Program-made: the position numbers and the translations under genes
DNA from: Candidatus Staskawiczbacteria bacterium
Lineage (GTDB): Bacteria; Patescibacteriota; Minisyncoccia; Minisyncoccales; Staskawiczbacteraceae
Assembly: GCA_903885445.1 (NCBI GenBank)
Contig: CAISIO010000036.1
Coordinates: forward strand, 37,485-101,484
DNA: 64,000 nt
Reading direction: 5' to 3'
Notes under the pieces: model-generated
Told to the model about the DNA's origin: nothing
The model's input: only the letters and a program-made list of their open reading frames with translations
Database searches by the model: none
Shown: positions 1 through 9,431 of the stretch, piece after piece
Layout of the letters: the number at the start of each line of letters is the position of its first letter
Position numbering within the stretch: the stretch's first letter is position 1

Positions 1-3000
1 AGTTGATGCTGCAGAAAATGTTGTCAGCTTTAAACCCGAAATTGTCACGGCATTGCTCGCGAGAAAATCGGCGGCAACGTGCACATAAGCGCTTGTAGTG
101 CTATCATATTCAACTGCCGGAGTTGCAGACATTTTACCTGCGCTAACAGCGGTTCCGCTAGCAGATGCCGAGGTTACTGTTTGATCCCAAACCGCGTTTA
201 AGCCAGCGGGAATTTTCAGCCTTATTCCATTTGTAGCAGTAATTGTCGGAGTCGATGAATCGGAGATAGTGATATCCGAGATAACAGTAGAAGGATCATT
301 TTTTGCAAATGTTTGGTCGGCTGCCGAAGCCATGGTCGCGCTGGTTACAGGATTGCTTCCCATTGCAAGATATAAAATTTGTCTTGAGGTTGCGTCGGCT
401 ATTGTATTATTTACCCTAAACGCAGTGGCGTCATTGGATACGAAATCCATTGATGAAGTCACGGTTGGGCTGGCACCCGGTGTTATTGTCTTTAAACATC
501 TTGTTCTATCTAAGTCTTGATTAGTGACCGACGGATTGGCAGCAGCGTTATCTCCAGACCAAATGCTTGCTCGCGAGGAAGAGCTTATACCAACACCGAA
601 TGATAATCTGCTTCCGCTTGTTATGGAAGTTGTTGCCGCATATCCTCCGCTTTGAAATAAGACAGCTGACGGTTGAAAGCCAGTTGTTACAGTTTGCTCA
701 CCGGTTGTTGTTGCTTGGTTGAAACTGCCAACATCATATTGTCCGCCTTTTAACGCTATGTAGTTTACATATACTGCATTCGCTGGAGCAATGGTAAAAT
801 CAAGAGTAAATCCATTAGTATCCAGCGAAACCAAAGATGCTGCCCTGGAAACAGCGCCAGCTCCGCTAACAGAGTTTATAACAGAATCTGTTCGTTGGTA
901 GCTATAAGTAGTTGATGCGGCTGTCGTTCTGTTTGAGGTACGGTTGTTTTGTTTAGCCGCGCTAGTGGCAAAACCCATACTGAATACCGAGCTCGCCGCG
1001 TCCCCGGTGGCTAAGTTTGTTGTTGTTAAGGTGTTGTCGAAAAATATCAAAGCGTCCGGCTTAAATCCTGGCGCCGTTACGCCAAATGTATGATTGACCG
1101 CCGTCGGAGTTGTGAAGCTTCCCACATAGGTATTAGTCACGTCGGTCCCGCCAATTGCTATATAATTTACTATTCTTGCGGTCGCGTCGCAGACGGTCCA
1201 ATTAAGTGTGAACCCATCGGCGTCCATGGAAACAAAATCTGCCGATGTGTTAAGGGTTGCCGTTGCTCCTTCTGTAATATTGGCGATTGCCAGCGCGTTA
1301 CTGAACCACTTCCTTTTGTTCGGGTTTGCGCCGCCGTTTGGGCCGGCTGCAGCAATTGCAGCGCGGGCGCTAGACGAAGTTGCCGCGCCAAAAAATTCAC
1401 GGGCGTTGGTTGTTGTTCCATCAGCCGCCGAATCATTTCCAAAAAACATAACCACTTTTGGCTGGAATCCGACGCCGGTTACGCCAATGGGATCAGATAC
1501 ACCACAACCTGAAACGGGTTTCGTGAAGCTTCCATATTTTACCAGCATTCCAGCAGGGTCTACTATGTAATCAATATCAACATTGCCGATAACCTTTAAA
1601 TCAAATGTATCTGTTGGAGTTTGCAGATTAGTAAGCAAAACTTTATAAGCGCTTTCTGCGCTGATGTTTTGAAATGTTGCTACTTTTTCACCCTCGGTTT
1701 GATTTCCATCTGCATCCGAGTAAACCGGATAGACTTCTATCTGCGCTGCCTGTCCCGCATTTGTCGGCCTGGCATAAATGGTATTGTCTTTTGTGTTGTC
1801 GAGTGGGTGATAGAAAGTTACCCGTATATACTCGCCATTATTGAATGTCGCCCAATTTCCATCTTTTGTCGCGACCTGGTCATACACATCTTCAAGTATG
1901 TTTTTATCGCTGTCTAAGCGGAACGCTTTTGAGATGAAGATAATCTCGAATGTCTGTTCAGACAAGTGGGGGACTGTCCATTCTACATAGTCGAGCTTGC
2001 CGTTGTTGTTGGTGTCGTAGGCGTGAAAGGTGACGTCTTGGTCGTTTTCGTTCTGCCACTTGATTTTGATTTTAGATTCCTGTCCGACTTTGAAAATCTC
2101 GGGAATGTTTGTGTAGGCAAGAACATCGGTGAGGGGGGATTGCGGGTCTTCATTCGGGGCAGAGACTGTGACCAGCTTTCCCGAGTCTGTATCTTGCTGG
2201 GTGATTTGCGGAGCAGGGGTTTCAAAGTCAATCTGGACGTTGTCGTCTGTGTTTGCAGTGTCAGGTTCTGAAGCTGGAGTTTCTTCTATGACTGTTGGAG
2301 CTTGGTCAGATGGGGAAGTGGTTTCTATGATTGGCTCGGCTGGGGTTTCGACCGGAGGTTCAGTAACCTCCGGAGCTGGTTCTGTTGTTGTCTCGATCGG
2401 TGCTTCTGCTGGAGCTTGGTCTGCCAAGTCAACATAGCTGGCGTCAGGAGCATCGATGATTGCAGGCTGGTCTGCAGAAGGCTGAATCAGCTGGCCTGCA
2501 ATCTGCTCTACGACATCTGAAGCTGCTTGTTCTAAATCAGCGAAAAGAAACTGGGTGGCTTTGGCAAAGAACCCTTTGCCGGGCTTTAGCAGATTGGCTG
2601 CTAACATCTGCCTTTCTGAAGGAGTAAGCTGGTTTTGAGGAGCGCCGCTCGACAAAATGGCGACTGCCTGGTCGTTGTTTATTGTTTTAATCTGTATATT
2701 GGCCGCGTTCTTGGGAAGTTTGATTAAGTTCTGGTTTGACGTGATGTCGCTGCGCTTAACTATCATTGTCCATTTAACGGGCTGGCCCGAGGCGACAATG
2801 GCCGAAGTGCGTTTGACTGCGACCTGCTTGATGACTGACGATTGGTCTACTCCGGGATTTGGGAAAAGAAGATTTCCTGTGATGAACAGGGAAGTGATAA
2901 CAAGTAAAAGCACCAAGGCTCCTTGGGCTGCAAAGTAGGGCTTAAAAGAGAAAGACAGTCTGGTCTTTCTAAACAAGGTGATTTCTTTGTCTCCGTACTT

Positions 3001-3018
3001 CTCGAAGAAGCTTCGCAT
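1..3018 (-). CDS. Large membrane-anchored repetitive surface protein (5'-start in window, runs off window start; partial)
   Basis: Manual minus-strand translation from ATG (3018-3016) stays open to position 1 (absent from ORF track because no in-window stop). N-terminal TM helix, Pro/Glu/Thr-rich linker, then repeated ~100-aa modules (e.g. GFTLNWTVCDATARIVNYIAIGG / GFTLDFTIAPANAVYVNYIALKGG). Confidence 0.6.
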   Translation of the reverse strand, partial: MRSFFEKYGDKEITLFRKTRLSFSFKPYFAAQGALVLLLVITSLFITGNLLFPNPGVDQSSVIKQVAVKRTSAIVASGQPVKWTMIVKRSDITSNQNLIKLPKNAANIQIKTINNDQAVAILSSGAPQNQLTPSERQMLAANLLKPGKGFFAKATQFLFADLEQAASDVVEQIAGQLIQPSADQPAIIDAPDASYVDLADQAPAEAPIETTTEPAPEVTEPPVETPAEPIIETTSPSDQAPTVIEETPASEPDTANTDDNVQIDFETPAPQITQQDTDSGKLVTVSAPNEDPQSPLTDVLAYTNIPEIFKVGQESKIKIKWQNENDQDVTFHAYDTNNNGKLDYVEWTVPHLSEQTFEIIFISKAFRLDSDKNILEDVYDQVATKDGNWATFNNGEYIRVTFYHPLDNTKDNTIYARPTNAGQAAQIEVYPVYSDADGNQTEGEKVATFQNISAESAYKVLLTNLQTPTDTFDLKVIGNVDIDYIVDPAGMLVKYGSFTKPVSGCGVSDPIGVTGVGFQPKVVMFFGNDSAADGTTTNAREFFGAATSSSARAAIAAAGPNGGANPNKRKWFSNALAIANITEGATATLNTSADFVSMDADGFTLNWTVCDATARIVNYIAIGGTDVTNTYVGSFTTPTAVNHTFGVTAPGFKPDALIFFDNTLTTTNLATGDAASSVFSMGFATSAAKQNNRTSNRTTAASTTYSYQRTDSVINSVSGAGAVSRAASLVSLDTNGFTLDFTIAPANAVYVNYIALKGGQYDVGSFNQATTTGEQTVTTGFQPSAVLFQSGGYAATTSITSGSRLSFGVGISSSSRASIWSGDNAAANPSVTNQDLDRTRCLKTITPGASPTVTSSMDFVSNDATAFRVNNTIADATSRQILYLAMGSNPVTSATMASAADQTFAKNDPSTVISDITISDSSTPTITATNGIRLKIPAGLNAVWDQTVTSASASGTAVSAGKMSATPAVEYDSTTSAYVHVAADFLASNAVTISGLKLTTFSAAST

Positions 3019-3045
3019 TTTTGGTGGAATTATTTAAAAATATTT

Positions 3046-3459
3046 CTACTTGCTTGTTGTCGGTACAGGAAGGATGATAATCGAAGTTCCTTGCAACTTT
3101 CCGTTCGGCAAGAGTTTTAAAGCCACGTTGACATTGTCTCCTGCTTTAATGCTTTCAAACTGGGTGATTTGCTGTTTTGAAGAAGAGTCAAAAGAATATA
3201 TCCTGGCATCTGGCGCGGCTGTAACTACCAGGTCATCGCCCAAGGAGCTCAGCGTCAAATCCCTTCCTTGGATGCCCGATACTTTTCCGTAGGCGGTGAT
3301 GGATGAAACAACTTTTGAAGACAGGTTGGTTGCCGCTTCAACTTTTGTCTGCACGGCCGGGGATTGCTGGGGCTTTATGGCAATGCCGAGCATCAAACCC
3401 AACACAAAAACAATAACAATCGATGCTATGAAGACGACGAGTTGATTTTTGGTGTACAT
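3046..3459 (-). CDS. Hypothetical membrane-anchored protein
   Basis: ORF with N-terminal TM helix, immediately upstream (same strand) of the giant surface protein gene. Confidence 0.45.
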   Translation of the reverse strand: MYTKNQLVVFIASIVIVFVLGLMLGIAIKPQQSPAVQTKVEAATNLSSKVVSSITAYGKVSGIQGRDLTLSSLGDDLVVTAAPDARIYSFDSSSKQQITQFESIKAGDNVNVALKLLPNGKLQGTSIIILPVPTTSK

Positions 3460-3584
3460 AAAAATATTATTTAGATAAATTTTGATTTCCTAATTATATC
3501 ACTTTAAATTTTTAAAAAAACAGGGTCAAGGTGTGGATAACTATTAAAATAATATTTAACATGCTAATATAAAAAATAATCATT

Positions 3585-4244
3585 ATGGAATTTCCAATTA
3601 GAATAAATAAATACTTAAGGGATAAAGGATTGGCGTCGAGAAGGGAAGCGGACGCTCTGGTTGAAGCCGGTCAGGTTTTTGTTAACGGAAAACGCGCCGA
3701 AAACGGGACTAAGGTGAACGAAAAAGATGATGTTACTGTAAAAGGAATTAAAAAAGAATATAAATATTTGGCGTATTACAAACCAAGAGATTTGCCGACA
3801 CAGGATTTGCCCGGCAGAAAAAGCGTTATAACGGAATGGAAAAGCAAGGGGCTCTATCCGATTGGCAGACTGGACAAAAGTTCGGAAGGGTTATTGTTAC
3901 TGACAAACGACGGCAGGTTTGCGAAGGAAGTTTTGTCTAACAGCGCGAGGTGGGAAAAGGAATATCTGGTCACGGTAAAAGAACCTTTGCGGGTTGGTGT
4001 TGTCAGAATTTTTAAAGAGGGGATGGATACGCAATCGCTTGGTAAATTACTTCCTGCAAAATCAAGAATTGTAAACGACACAAAAATTCAGGTAATTTTA
4101 AACGAAGGAAAGCGCCACCAAATCCGTGTCATGTTTAATGAATTAAATTACACAATTGCCGCGCTAAAAAGAGTTCGCGTGGGCAATATTAAAATAGAAA
4201 ATTTAAAACCGGGCGAAACCCGGCCGCTTCATATTTCGCTTTAA
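3585..4244 (+). CDS. rRNA pseudouridine synthase (RsuA/RluB family; S4 domain + catalytic domain)
   Basis: N-terminal S4-like RNA-binding region (INKYLRDKGLASRREADALVEAGQVFVNGKRA) and pseudouridine synthase core (GRLDKSSEGLLLLTNDG ... GKRHQIRVMF). Confidence 0.85.
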   Translation: MEFPIRINKYLRDKGLASRREADALVEAGQVFVNGKRAENGTKVNEKDDVTVKGIKKEYKYLAYYKPRDLPTQDLPGRKSVITEWKSKGLYPIGRLDKSSEGLLLLTNDGRFAKEVLSNSARWEKEYLVTVKEPLRVGVVRIFKEGMDTQSLGKLLPAKSRIVNDTKIQVILNEGKRHQIRVMFNELNYTIAALKRVRVGNIKIENLKPGETRPLHISL

Positions 4245-4246
4245 TT

Positions 4247-6175
4247 ATGGATACGGCAATTACTGGAAAAAAATACTCCGCCAAACCCGCTGATTATATA
4301 CGAGCCATATCTCTACCGCTAATTCTGGCGGTTTTATTTGTCGCGCAAAACCATTTTTTTAATGTTTGGCTGGGACTCTATTCAAAAACATATTCTGTCA
4401 GATTGTCACTTGTCACGTTTGCGTTAGGAGTTGTTTTCTACGGCCCGGCGTTGCTTTTCAAAAAAAGATATTCTTATGTATATCTTTTTATTATTTCATT
4501 TATAATTTCTTTCGGATTTTGCGCCGAATTTTTGTATTACCAGTATGGACAAAATTTCCTTCAAGCTTCGGCGCTTAGATATATAGGAGAGGCAGGAAGC
4601 CTGGTTGGAACAATAAAAACAATGCTTTCGCCAGAGTTGCTATTATTTATCGCGAATCTCGCGGTGGTTCTGGCGGCGTATGTTTTTGGCAGAAAAAAAA
4701 CTGACGCCAAGTTTATTTTGCCGGGCTGGGAAAGAATAATTATCATTTTGGCAATGATTGCCATTGTTTTCTTTGGATATAAATATCTTTTATATACAGA
4801 AAAAAAAGAGTGGGGAAGCACCAGCCGGCTTTACACAGATGTTTACGATCTAAAGGCGCTGGTAGGTAAAATGGGAATTATGAATTTTTTTCTGGAGGAC
4901 ACTTTTAAATATATTTTGCGCGCCAATTTGGTAACTGAAAAAGATAAAGATTTTTTAAAAACTTTCGCGGGAAAAAAACCGGCGCAAATAGCCGAAGGCA
5001 AATTTTTTGGCGTTAATAAAAATAAAAATCTTATAATTATCCAAGTTGAATCATTGGAAAATGCGGTTATTAACCGGGAAATTTACGGACAGGAAATTAC
5101 TCCAAGCTTAAATCAATTGGCGAGGCATGGCTTGTATTTTAACAATTTTTACGCCCAGGTCGGGCCGGGAAACACCGCCGACACGGAATTTTCCACAATG
5201 AATTCTTTGTATCCGTTGCCAAACAGCGTTGCATTCATCGACTATGCTAAAAATACTTACAAGGCGCTGCCACAACTGCTTATAGACAACGGGTACAAGA
5301 CTTATTCTTTACACGGTGACGTGCCGACTTTTTGGAATCGCTCAAATATTTATCCCGGGCTCGGCTACCAAAAAACATTTGCCCTGAGCGATTACACCGT
5401 AACCAGGTCTGTGGGCAAGGGGCCGTCTGATTTGGGTGATGAGGATTTATTTTCGCAATCATTAGCAAGGTTGGAAAGCTTTAAGCAGCCGTTTATGGCA
5501 ACGCTTATTACAATGAGCTCCCATACTCCGTTTATTTTGCCAGACGATCTGCAGACCTTGAATCTTCCGGCTGAAACCAACCTAACACAACTGCAATGGG
5601 AATATTTGCAGGCGGTTCATTATACCGACAAAGCAATTGGCGAGTTTATAGACGGATTAAAACAAAACGGATTATATGATAATTCTTTAATAGTTATTTG
5701 GGGCGACCACGGAAGTTATACAAAAATATCTGAATTGCTAAATCAAGAAAATAAAATCCCGAGATTAGCCGATCAACAGGTGCCGATGATAATTTTAAAT
5801 TCCGGAGTAGAAAATCAGACAATAAATGAGCCTGCCAGCCAATTGGACGTTTATCCGACAATTGCGAATCTTTTGGGAATTGTTTCGCCAAAAACTGTTT
5901 TGGGCCAGGATTTATTAAATACAAAAACTCCGGTTGAAACTAATTTTAAAATCGTCTCCGGCGGAATAGACGCAATTTTAACTTCAAATTTAGCGTATCA
6001 AGCAAGCGAAGACGGCGTTTTTTCGCATGGCTCGTGCGAGTCGGTGCCCGGCGCGAAACTATTGCCCATAACCGATTGTCAAAATATCTACACCGAGCAA
6101 TCAAACAATATTAAAGCTTCAAATATAATAGTCCGCGGAAATCTGCTAAACTTTTATTCCGCCAATCTGAAGTAA
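4247..6175 (+). CDS. LtaS-family membrane sulfatase / phosphoglycerol transferase
   Basis: N-terminal multi-TM region followed by extracellular alkaline-phosphatase-superfamily sulfatase domain (LIIIQVESLEN ... GPGNTADTEFS ... WGDHG). Confidence 0.85.
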   Translation: MDTAITGKKYSAKPADYIRAISLPLILAVLFVAQNHFFNVWLGLYSKTYSVRLSLVTFALGVVFYGPALLFKKRYSYVYLFIISFIISFGFCAEFLYYQYGQNFLQASALRYIGEAGSLVGTIKTMLSPELLLFIANLAVVLAAYVFGRKKTDAKFILPGWERIIIILAMIAIVFFGYKYLLYTEKKEWGSTSRLYTDVYDLKALVGKMGIMNFFLEDTFKYILRANLVTEKDKDFLKTFAGKKPAQIAEGKFFGVNKNKNLIIIQVESLENAVINREIYGQEITPSLNQLARHGLYFNNFYAQVGPGNTADTEFSTMNSLYPLPNSVAFIDYAKNTYKALPQLLIDNGYKTYSLHGDVPTFWNRSNIYPGLGYQKTFALSDYTVTRSVGKGPSDLGDEDLFSQSLARLESFKQPFMATLITMSSHTPFILPDDLQTLNLPAETNLTQLQWEYLQAVHYTDKAIGEFIDGLKQNGLYDNSLIVIWGDHGSYTKISELLNQENKIPRLADQQVPMIILNSGVENQTINEPASQLDVYPTIANLLGIVSPKTVLGQDLLNTKTPVETNFKIVSGGIDAILTSNLAYQASEDGVFSHGSCESVPGAKLLPITDCQNIYTEQSNNIKASNIIVRGNLLNFYSANLK

Positions 6176-6255
6176 AAAAACAGGGTTTCGCTTCCCTAAG
6201 CAGAAACCCATCTGGGCCGTCACGTAAAAACAAAAAACGAAAGTATCGGCGCCGT

Positions 6256-6393
6256 CTAGCCAATCGGCAGTTTGAGGAACACCAGGAAGGCAACCACCAC
6301 TGCGACGACTCCCACGGCCACCAACACATGACGCCAGTCGATGGGAGTTCGCACAAGCGCGCCTTTCTGGTTGGCTCTCTTCTTGCTTGACAT
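6256..6393 (-). CDS. Small single-TM peptide (45 aa), GC-rich micro-island
   Basis: ATG with AAAGGAAG SD. MSSKKRANQKGALVRTPIDWRHVLVAVGVVAVVVAFLVFLKLPIG. Followed by GGGTTTC..GAAACCC hairpin + T-run (6191-6225). Preferred over overlapping track ORF 6111..6482 which looks like GC-driven junk. Confidence 0.4.
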   Translation of the reverse strand: MSSKKRANQKGALVRTPIDWRHVLVAVGVVAVVVAFLVFLKLPIG

Positions 6394-6423
6394 ACTCTTC
6401 CTTTCTCTGCCCATGTGAATGTA

Positions 6424-6666
6424 CTACGCCGTCGCCGCGGCCCTTGCGAGCAATCCGCCCGAGAAATCACGGCGATGCCCACCCTTGAGCCTGATGGTAA
6501 CCATCTCGGGATGAGCCTTTGGCGGTTCGGTCAGCTCTTCTTCTTCAAGAAGCTGTAGCCCGACAACCTCGAATGGGCCTTCGCCATGTTGCTCGGCCAA
6601 CTCGATTGGGGCGTCTTCGTCCCACACCACCTTCTCGCGGAGACTGAAACCGTATTTCACTGCCAT
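6424..6666 (-). CDS. Hypothetical small acidic protein (GC-rich island)
   Basis: 80-aa ORF with SD cagAAGGAGcgc 4 nt before ATG. Own TTGACT-16-TATTAT promoter at 6710-6737 (minus strand). Confidence 0.45.
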   Translation of the reverse strand: MAVKYGFSLREKVVWDEDAPIELAEQHGEGPFEVVGLQLLEEEELTEPPKAHPEMVTIRLKGGHRRDFSGGLLARAAATA

Positions 6667-6809
6667 TTTTGCGCTCCTTCTGTTAATTGCACAATTCCAG
6701 GTTAAACTTATAATACCTAAATTTACATATAAGTCAACTTATTAGCGCACAAAAAAAGCCACCGAAGTGACCTGTGGGGAAATAAATATTTTAATGAACT
6801 CGGATGCGC

Positions 6810-7052
6810 CTACTTCCTACGAAGGCGCCTCACCCTCTGCGGCGTGGCCTTGATCAAGGCTTCCCAGACGCTTGCAGGAAGCCCAATCGTTGGAGTGCTA
6901 CCCTCTACGAGTAGCCATTCCACCGGACCAACTTTCACCGAGAGCAACTTGTACGTTCCCGGCTCTATTGGGACTGTTGTCGGCTGAGCCTCCAATTTCC
7001 CGTCATCCGGGACCACCTCGACATTTATCTTTACCAACACTTCCACGCGCAT
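6810..7052 (-). CDS. Hypothetical small protein (GC-rich island)
   Basis: Start moved to internal ATG at 7052 preceded by AAGTAAGGAGCTGACA SD. Own TTGACT-17-TATTAT promoter upstream and hairpin+T-run terminator downstream. Confidence 0.45.
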   Translation of the reverse strand: MRVEVLVKINVEVVPDDGKLEAQPTTVPIEPGTYKLLSVKVGPVEWLLVEGSTPTIGLPASVWEALIKATPQRVRRLRRK

Positions 7053-7216
7053 TGTCAGCTCCTTACTTTTCCATTCGGTGATGATCGAAGCACATATATA
7101 TAATAACAATTTATTTTAGAAAAGTCAATAGCAAAAAAGCAGCTTACTGCAAAAAAAACAGACCACCGGCGTGCATGGTCCCATGAAGACGAGAATGTGA
7201 ATGTGCGATTGCCCGG

Positions 7217-7459
7217 CTAGTTCCGGTCGAGACTGACGTGCCCCTCGGCCTCTAGCGCATCCCAGGTTTCGGACAAAAGACCCGACTTACCATCGGCGTC
7301 GATGAGCCAGTCTTTGCCGGTCGTCGCGTCTTTCCACGGCGCCAGCCCTATGCGTTCACCAACCTGAAGACTCTTGGCTGTGACATGAGCAATGTCTCCC
7401 TTGCGGAGCACTGCCGGAATAACCAGCCTAAGCGTCCGTGCTTTCACCGTTGCAACCAT
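7217..7459 (-). CDS. Hypothetical small protein, possible AbrB/MazE-like fold (GC-rich island)
   Basis: 80-aa ORF, SD cagAAGGAGcgc. Segment RLVIPAVLRKGDIAHV resembles swapped-hairpin DNA-binding proteins (weak). Own TTGACT-17-TATTAT promoter and GACCA..TGGTC+T-run terminator. Confidence 0.45.
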   Translation of the reverse strand: MVATVKARTLRLVIPAVLRKGDIAHVTAKSLQVGERIGLAPWKDATTGKDWLIDADGKSGLLSETWDALEAEGHVSLDRN

Positions 7460-7725
7460 CTCCGCGCTCCTTCTGGTTGCGATTGCGGAAAATATTTCTT
7501 AACTATTATAATACCTTAAAGACTTCAAAAGTCAACGCTTTGTACAAAAAAACGGGGGCCGCGTGGCGACCCCTTGGAAAAAACGAAACTGGATTGGTTG
7601 TTAATGTGCTCGCTAGGCCGCCAATGCTAATCATAATTTAATAATTCGCTTGACATTTGTAAAAATTGTAATAGATTATTAATATAAGAAGTTTTAAGGT
7701 AAAAACAGGTAAAATAAGAAAAATC

Positions 7726-9276
7726 ATGAAAAACACATCTAAAGTAGGCCTCATATTATTGGCGACAGTCATTTGCCTTTGTTTCGGAGGCGCGGTTTTC
7801 GCGCAGAGCGTACCGCAAATACAAACAAACTCCGCGACAAATATTCAGAACAGTTCGGCAACGCTTAATGCCTATATAGCAAACACCGGAAATTATGGCA
7901 GTACAACTGTCTATTTTCAGTGGGGGACAACCGTATCATACGGATACCAAAGCGCTGTTATAAATCAAAATTATCCCGGGAATTTAAGCCAGCCGATAAC
8001 CGGCCTGGCTTCAGGCTCGACATACCACTTCAGAGCAGTCGCGCAAAATAATTACGGCACTGTTTTTGGCCAGGACATGACGTTCACTGCAGGCCAGTCA
8101 TACGGTAATTCTCTTGCCGCAAACGCCGGTCCGGATATATATTTAGCCCTTGGCCAAACCGCAACGCTGCAAGGCTCTGGCTACGACCCAAATGGAAGCG
8201 CTCTGAATTATTTTTGGTCATGCAACGGCGGCACATTGTCAAACCCCAATATCGCGCAACCGGTATATACGTCGACCATTTTTGCAAACTACAGCAGTCA
8301 AGCAGCATACACCTGCACGCTTACGGTTACAAACAATTATGGAAATTCAAATTCCGACAGCATGACGGTTAATATAAATACCGTTCAAACGGGTGGAGTC
8401 ACTATTCAAACAAATTCGGCGACAAATGTTTCAAATTATCAGGCAACGCTAAATGGCAATCTCGCAGTTCCTTATTTTGGCAGTTCCAATTATGTTTATT
8501 TCCAATACGGGACAACAACCAGCTATGGCACTCAGACCAATCAACAATCTTTAAGTAATTCCGGTTCGTTCAGCCGAAACATCGCCGGATTAAGCGCAGG
8601 AACAACTTATCATTTCAGAGCGGTAGCGCAAGGAAATTATGGAACAGTTTACGGCCAAGATATGACTTTTTACAGCTCTGGCACCGGAACCGGATATTAC
8701 GGCAACGGAATTCTTACTGTAAACAAAAAAGCTATCGACCTGACCTCGGGAGGATTAATCTGGGCGACATCAATAAATGCCAATCCCTCGGATGTTTTAA
8801 CTTTTGCTATAACTTTGCAGGCAAACGGCCAGGACATCCACAACGTTATAGTTAAAGATATTTTACCGGCCAATTTAATTTACAAAGGAAATCTAACCGT
8901 AAACACAAACACTAATTTTGGCGGAGACATAACTTCCGGAGTCAATATTGGAACAGTCTACTCCAGCCAGCCAATTATTGTTTCATACCAGGCGCAGGTC
9001 GCATCAGCCGGGAATTTCAGCTATGGGACCGTCACAATGAACAACAATGCAACTATTACAAGCACGGAATCGGGCGCGCAAACCGCGACCGCAAATGTTG
9101 TTGTTACAAGAACATTAGTTCAGGGAGCGGCAACGGTTTCAACCGGCCTGACAAATAACTTTTTAGCAGACTCATTTTTCCTGCCATTATTGATAATCAT
9201 CGCCAGCTTATGGTTGTATTTCTCTGGTGCAGCATTCAGTTTTGGTAAAAAAATAAAGTCTCTTATAAAAAAATAA
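7726..9276 (+). CDS. Cell-surface protein with three fibronectin-III-like repeats and a DUF11-like domain, C-terminal TM anchor
   Basis: Signal peptide, three ~110-aa repeats each containing ...YFQ[WY]GTT.SYG ... TYHFRAVAQ.NYGTV.GQDMTF, then C-terminal hydrophobic anchor. Confidence 0.6.
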   Translation: MKNTSKVGLILLATVICLCFGGAVFAQSVPQIQTNSATNIQNSSATLNAYIANTGNYGSTTVYFQWGTTVSYGYQSAVINQNYPGNLSQPITGLASGSTYHFRAVAQNNYGTVFGQDMTFTAGQSYGNSLAANAGPDIYLALGQTATLQGSGYDPNGSALNYFWSCNGGTLSNPNIAQPVYTSTIFANYSSQAAYTCTLTVTNNYGNSNSDSMTVNINTVQTGGVTIQTNSATNVSNYQATLNGNLAVPYFGSSNYVYFQYGTTTSYGTQTNQQSLSNSGSFSRNIAGLSAGTTYHFRAVAQGNYGTVYGQDMTFYSSGTGTGYYGNGILTVNKKAIDLTSGGLIWATSINANPSDVLTFAITLQANGQDIHNVIVKDILPANLIYKGNLTVNTNTNFGGDITSGVNIGTVYSSQPIIVSYQAQVASAGNFSYGTVTMNNNATITSTESGAQTATANVVVTRTLVQGAATVSTGLTNNFLADSFFLPLLIIIASLWLYFSGAAFSFGKKIKSLIKK

Positions 9277-9315
9277 ATTACACAAAAGACCTCCTCCCAA
9301 AGGCGGTCTTTTGTT

Positions 9316-9352
9316 GACTTGAAAAAAACTTACAAATAAGTATAATAAGTAA
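9316..9352 (+). promoter_or_regulatory. Sigma70-like promoter for tRNA-Ala (TTGAAA-16-TATAAT)
   Basis: acTTGAAAaaaacttacaaataagTATAATaag ending ~10 nt before tRNA 5' end. Confidence 0.45.
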
Positions 9353-9358
9353 ATATTA

Positions 9359-9429
9359 GGGCCCATAGTAAATCGGTATTACGCATCCATGGCATGGATG
9401 AGGGCCGGGTTCGATTCCCGGTGGGTCCA
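9359..9429 (+). tRNA. tRNA-Ala (anticodon GGC)
   Basis: Cloverleaf folds by hand: acceptor GGGCCCA/TGGGTCC with G3:U70 (Ala identity), D-stem GTAA/TTAC, anticodon stem CATCC/GGATG, loop AUGGCAU, T-arm CCGGG-TTCGATT-CCCGG, discriminator A. No encoded CCA. Confidence 0.85.
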
Positions 9430-9431
9430 CT

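Noticed and set aside
1090-2520. Several 70-140-aa plus/minus ORFs in the track (e.g. 1090..1512, 1208..1570, 1966..2271, 2129..2437)
   Set aside because: All lie within or antisense to the continuous minus-strand giant surface-protein ORF. Repetitive low-complexity translations.
6111-6482. Track ORF (123 aa, minus) spanning the GC-rich island
   Set aside because: Arg/Trp/Cys-rich junk-like sequence with no RBS, overlapping a better SD-led 45-aa TM peptide in another frame. Judged a GC-driven spurious ORF.
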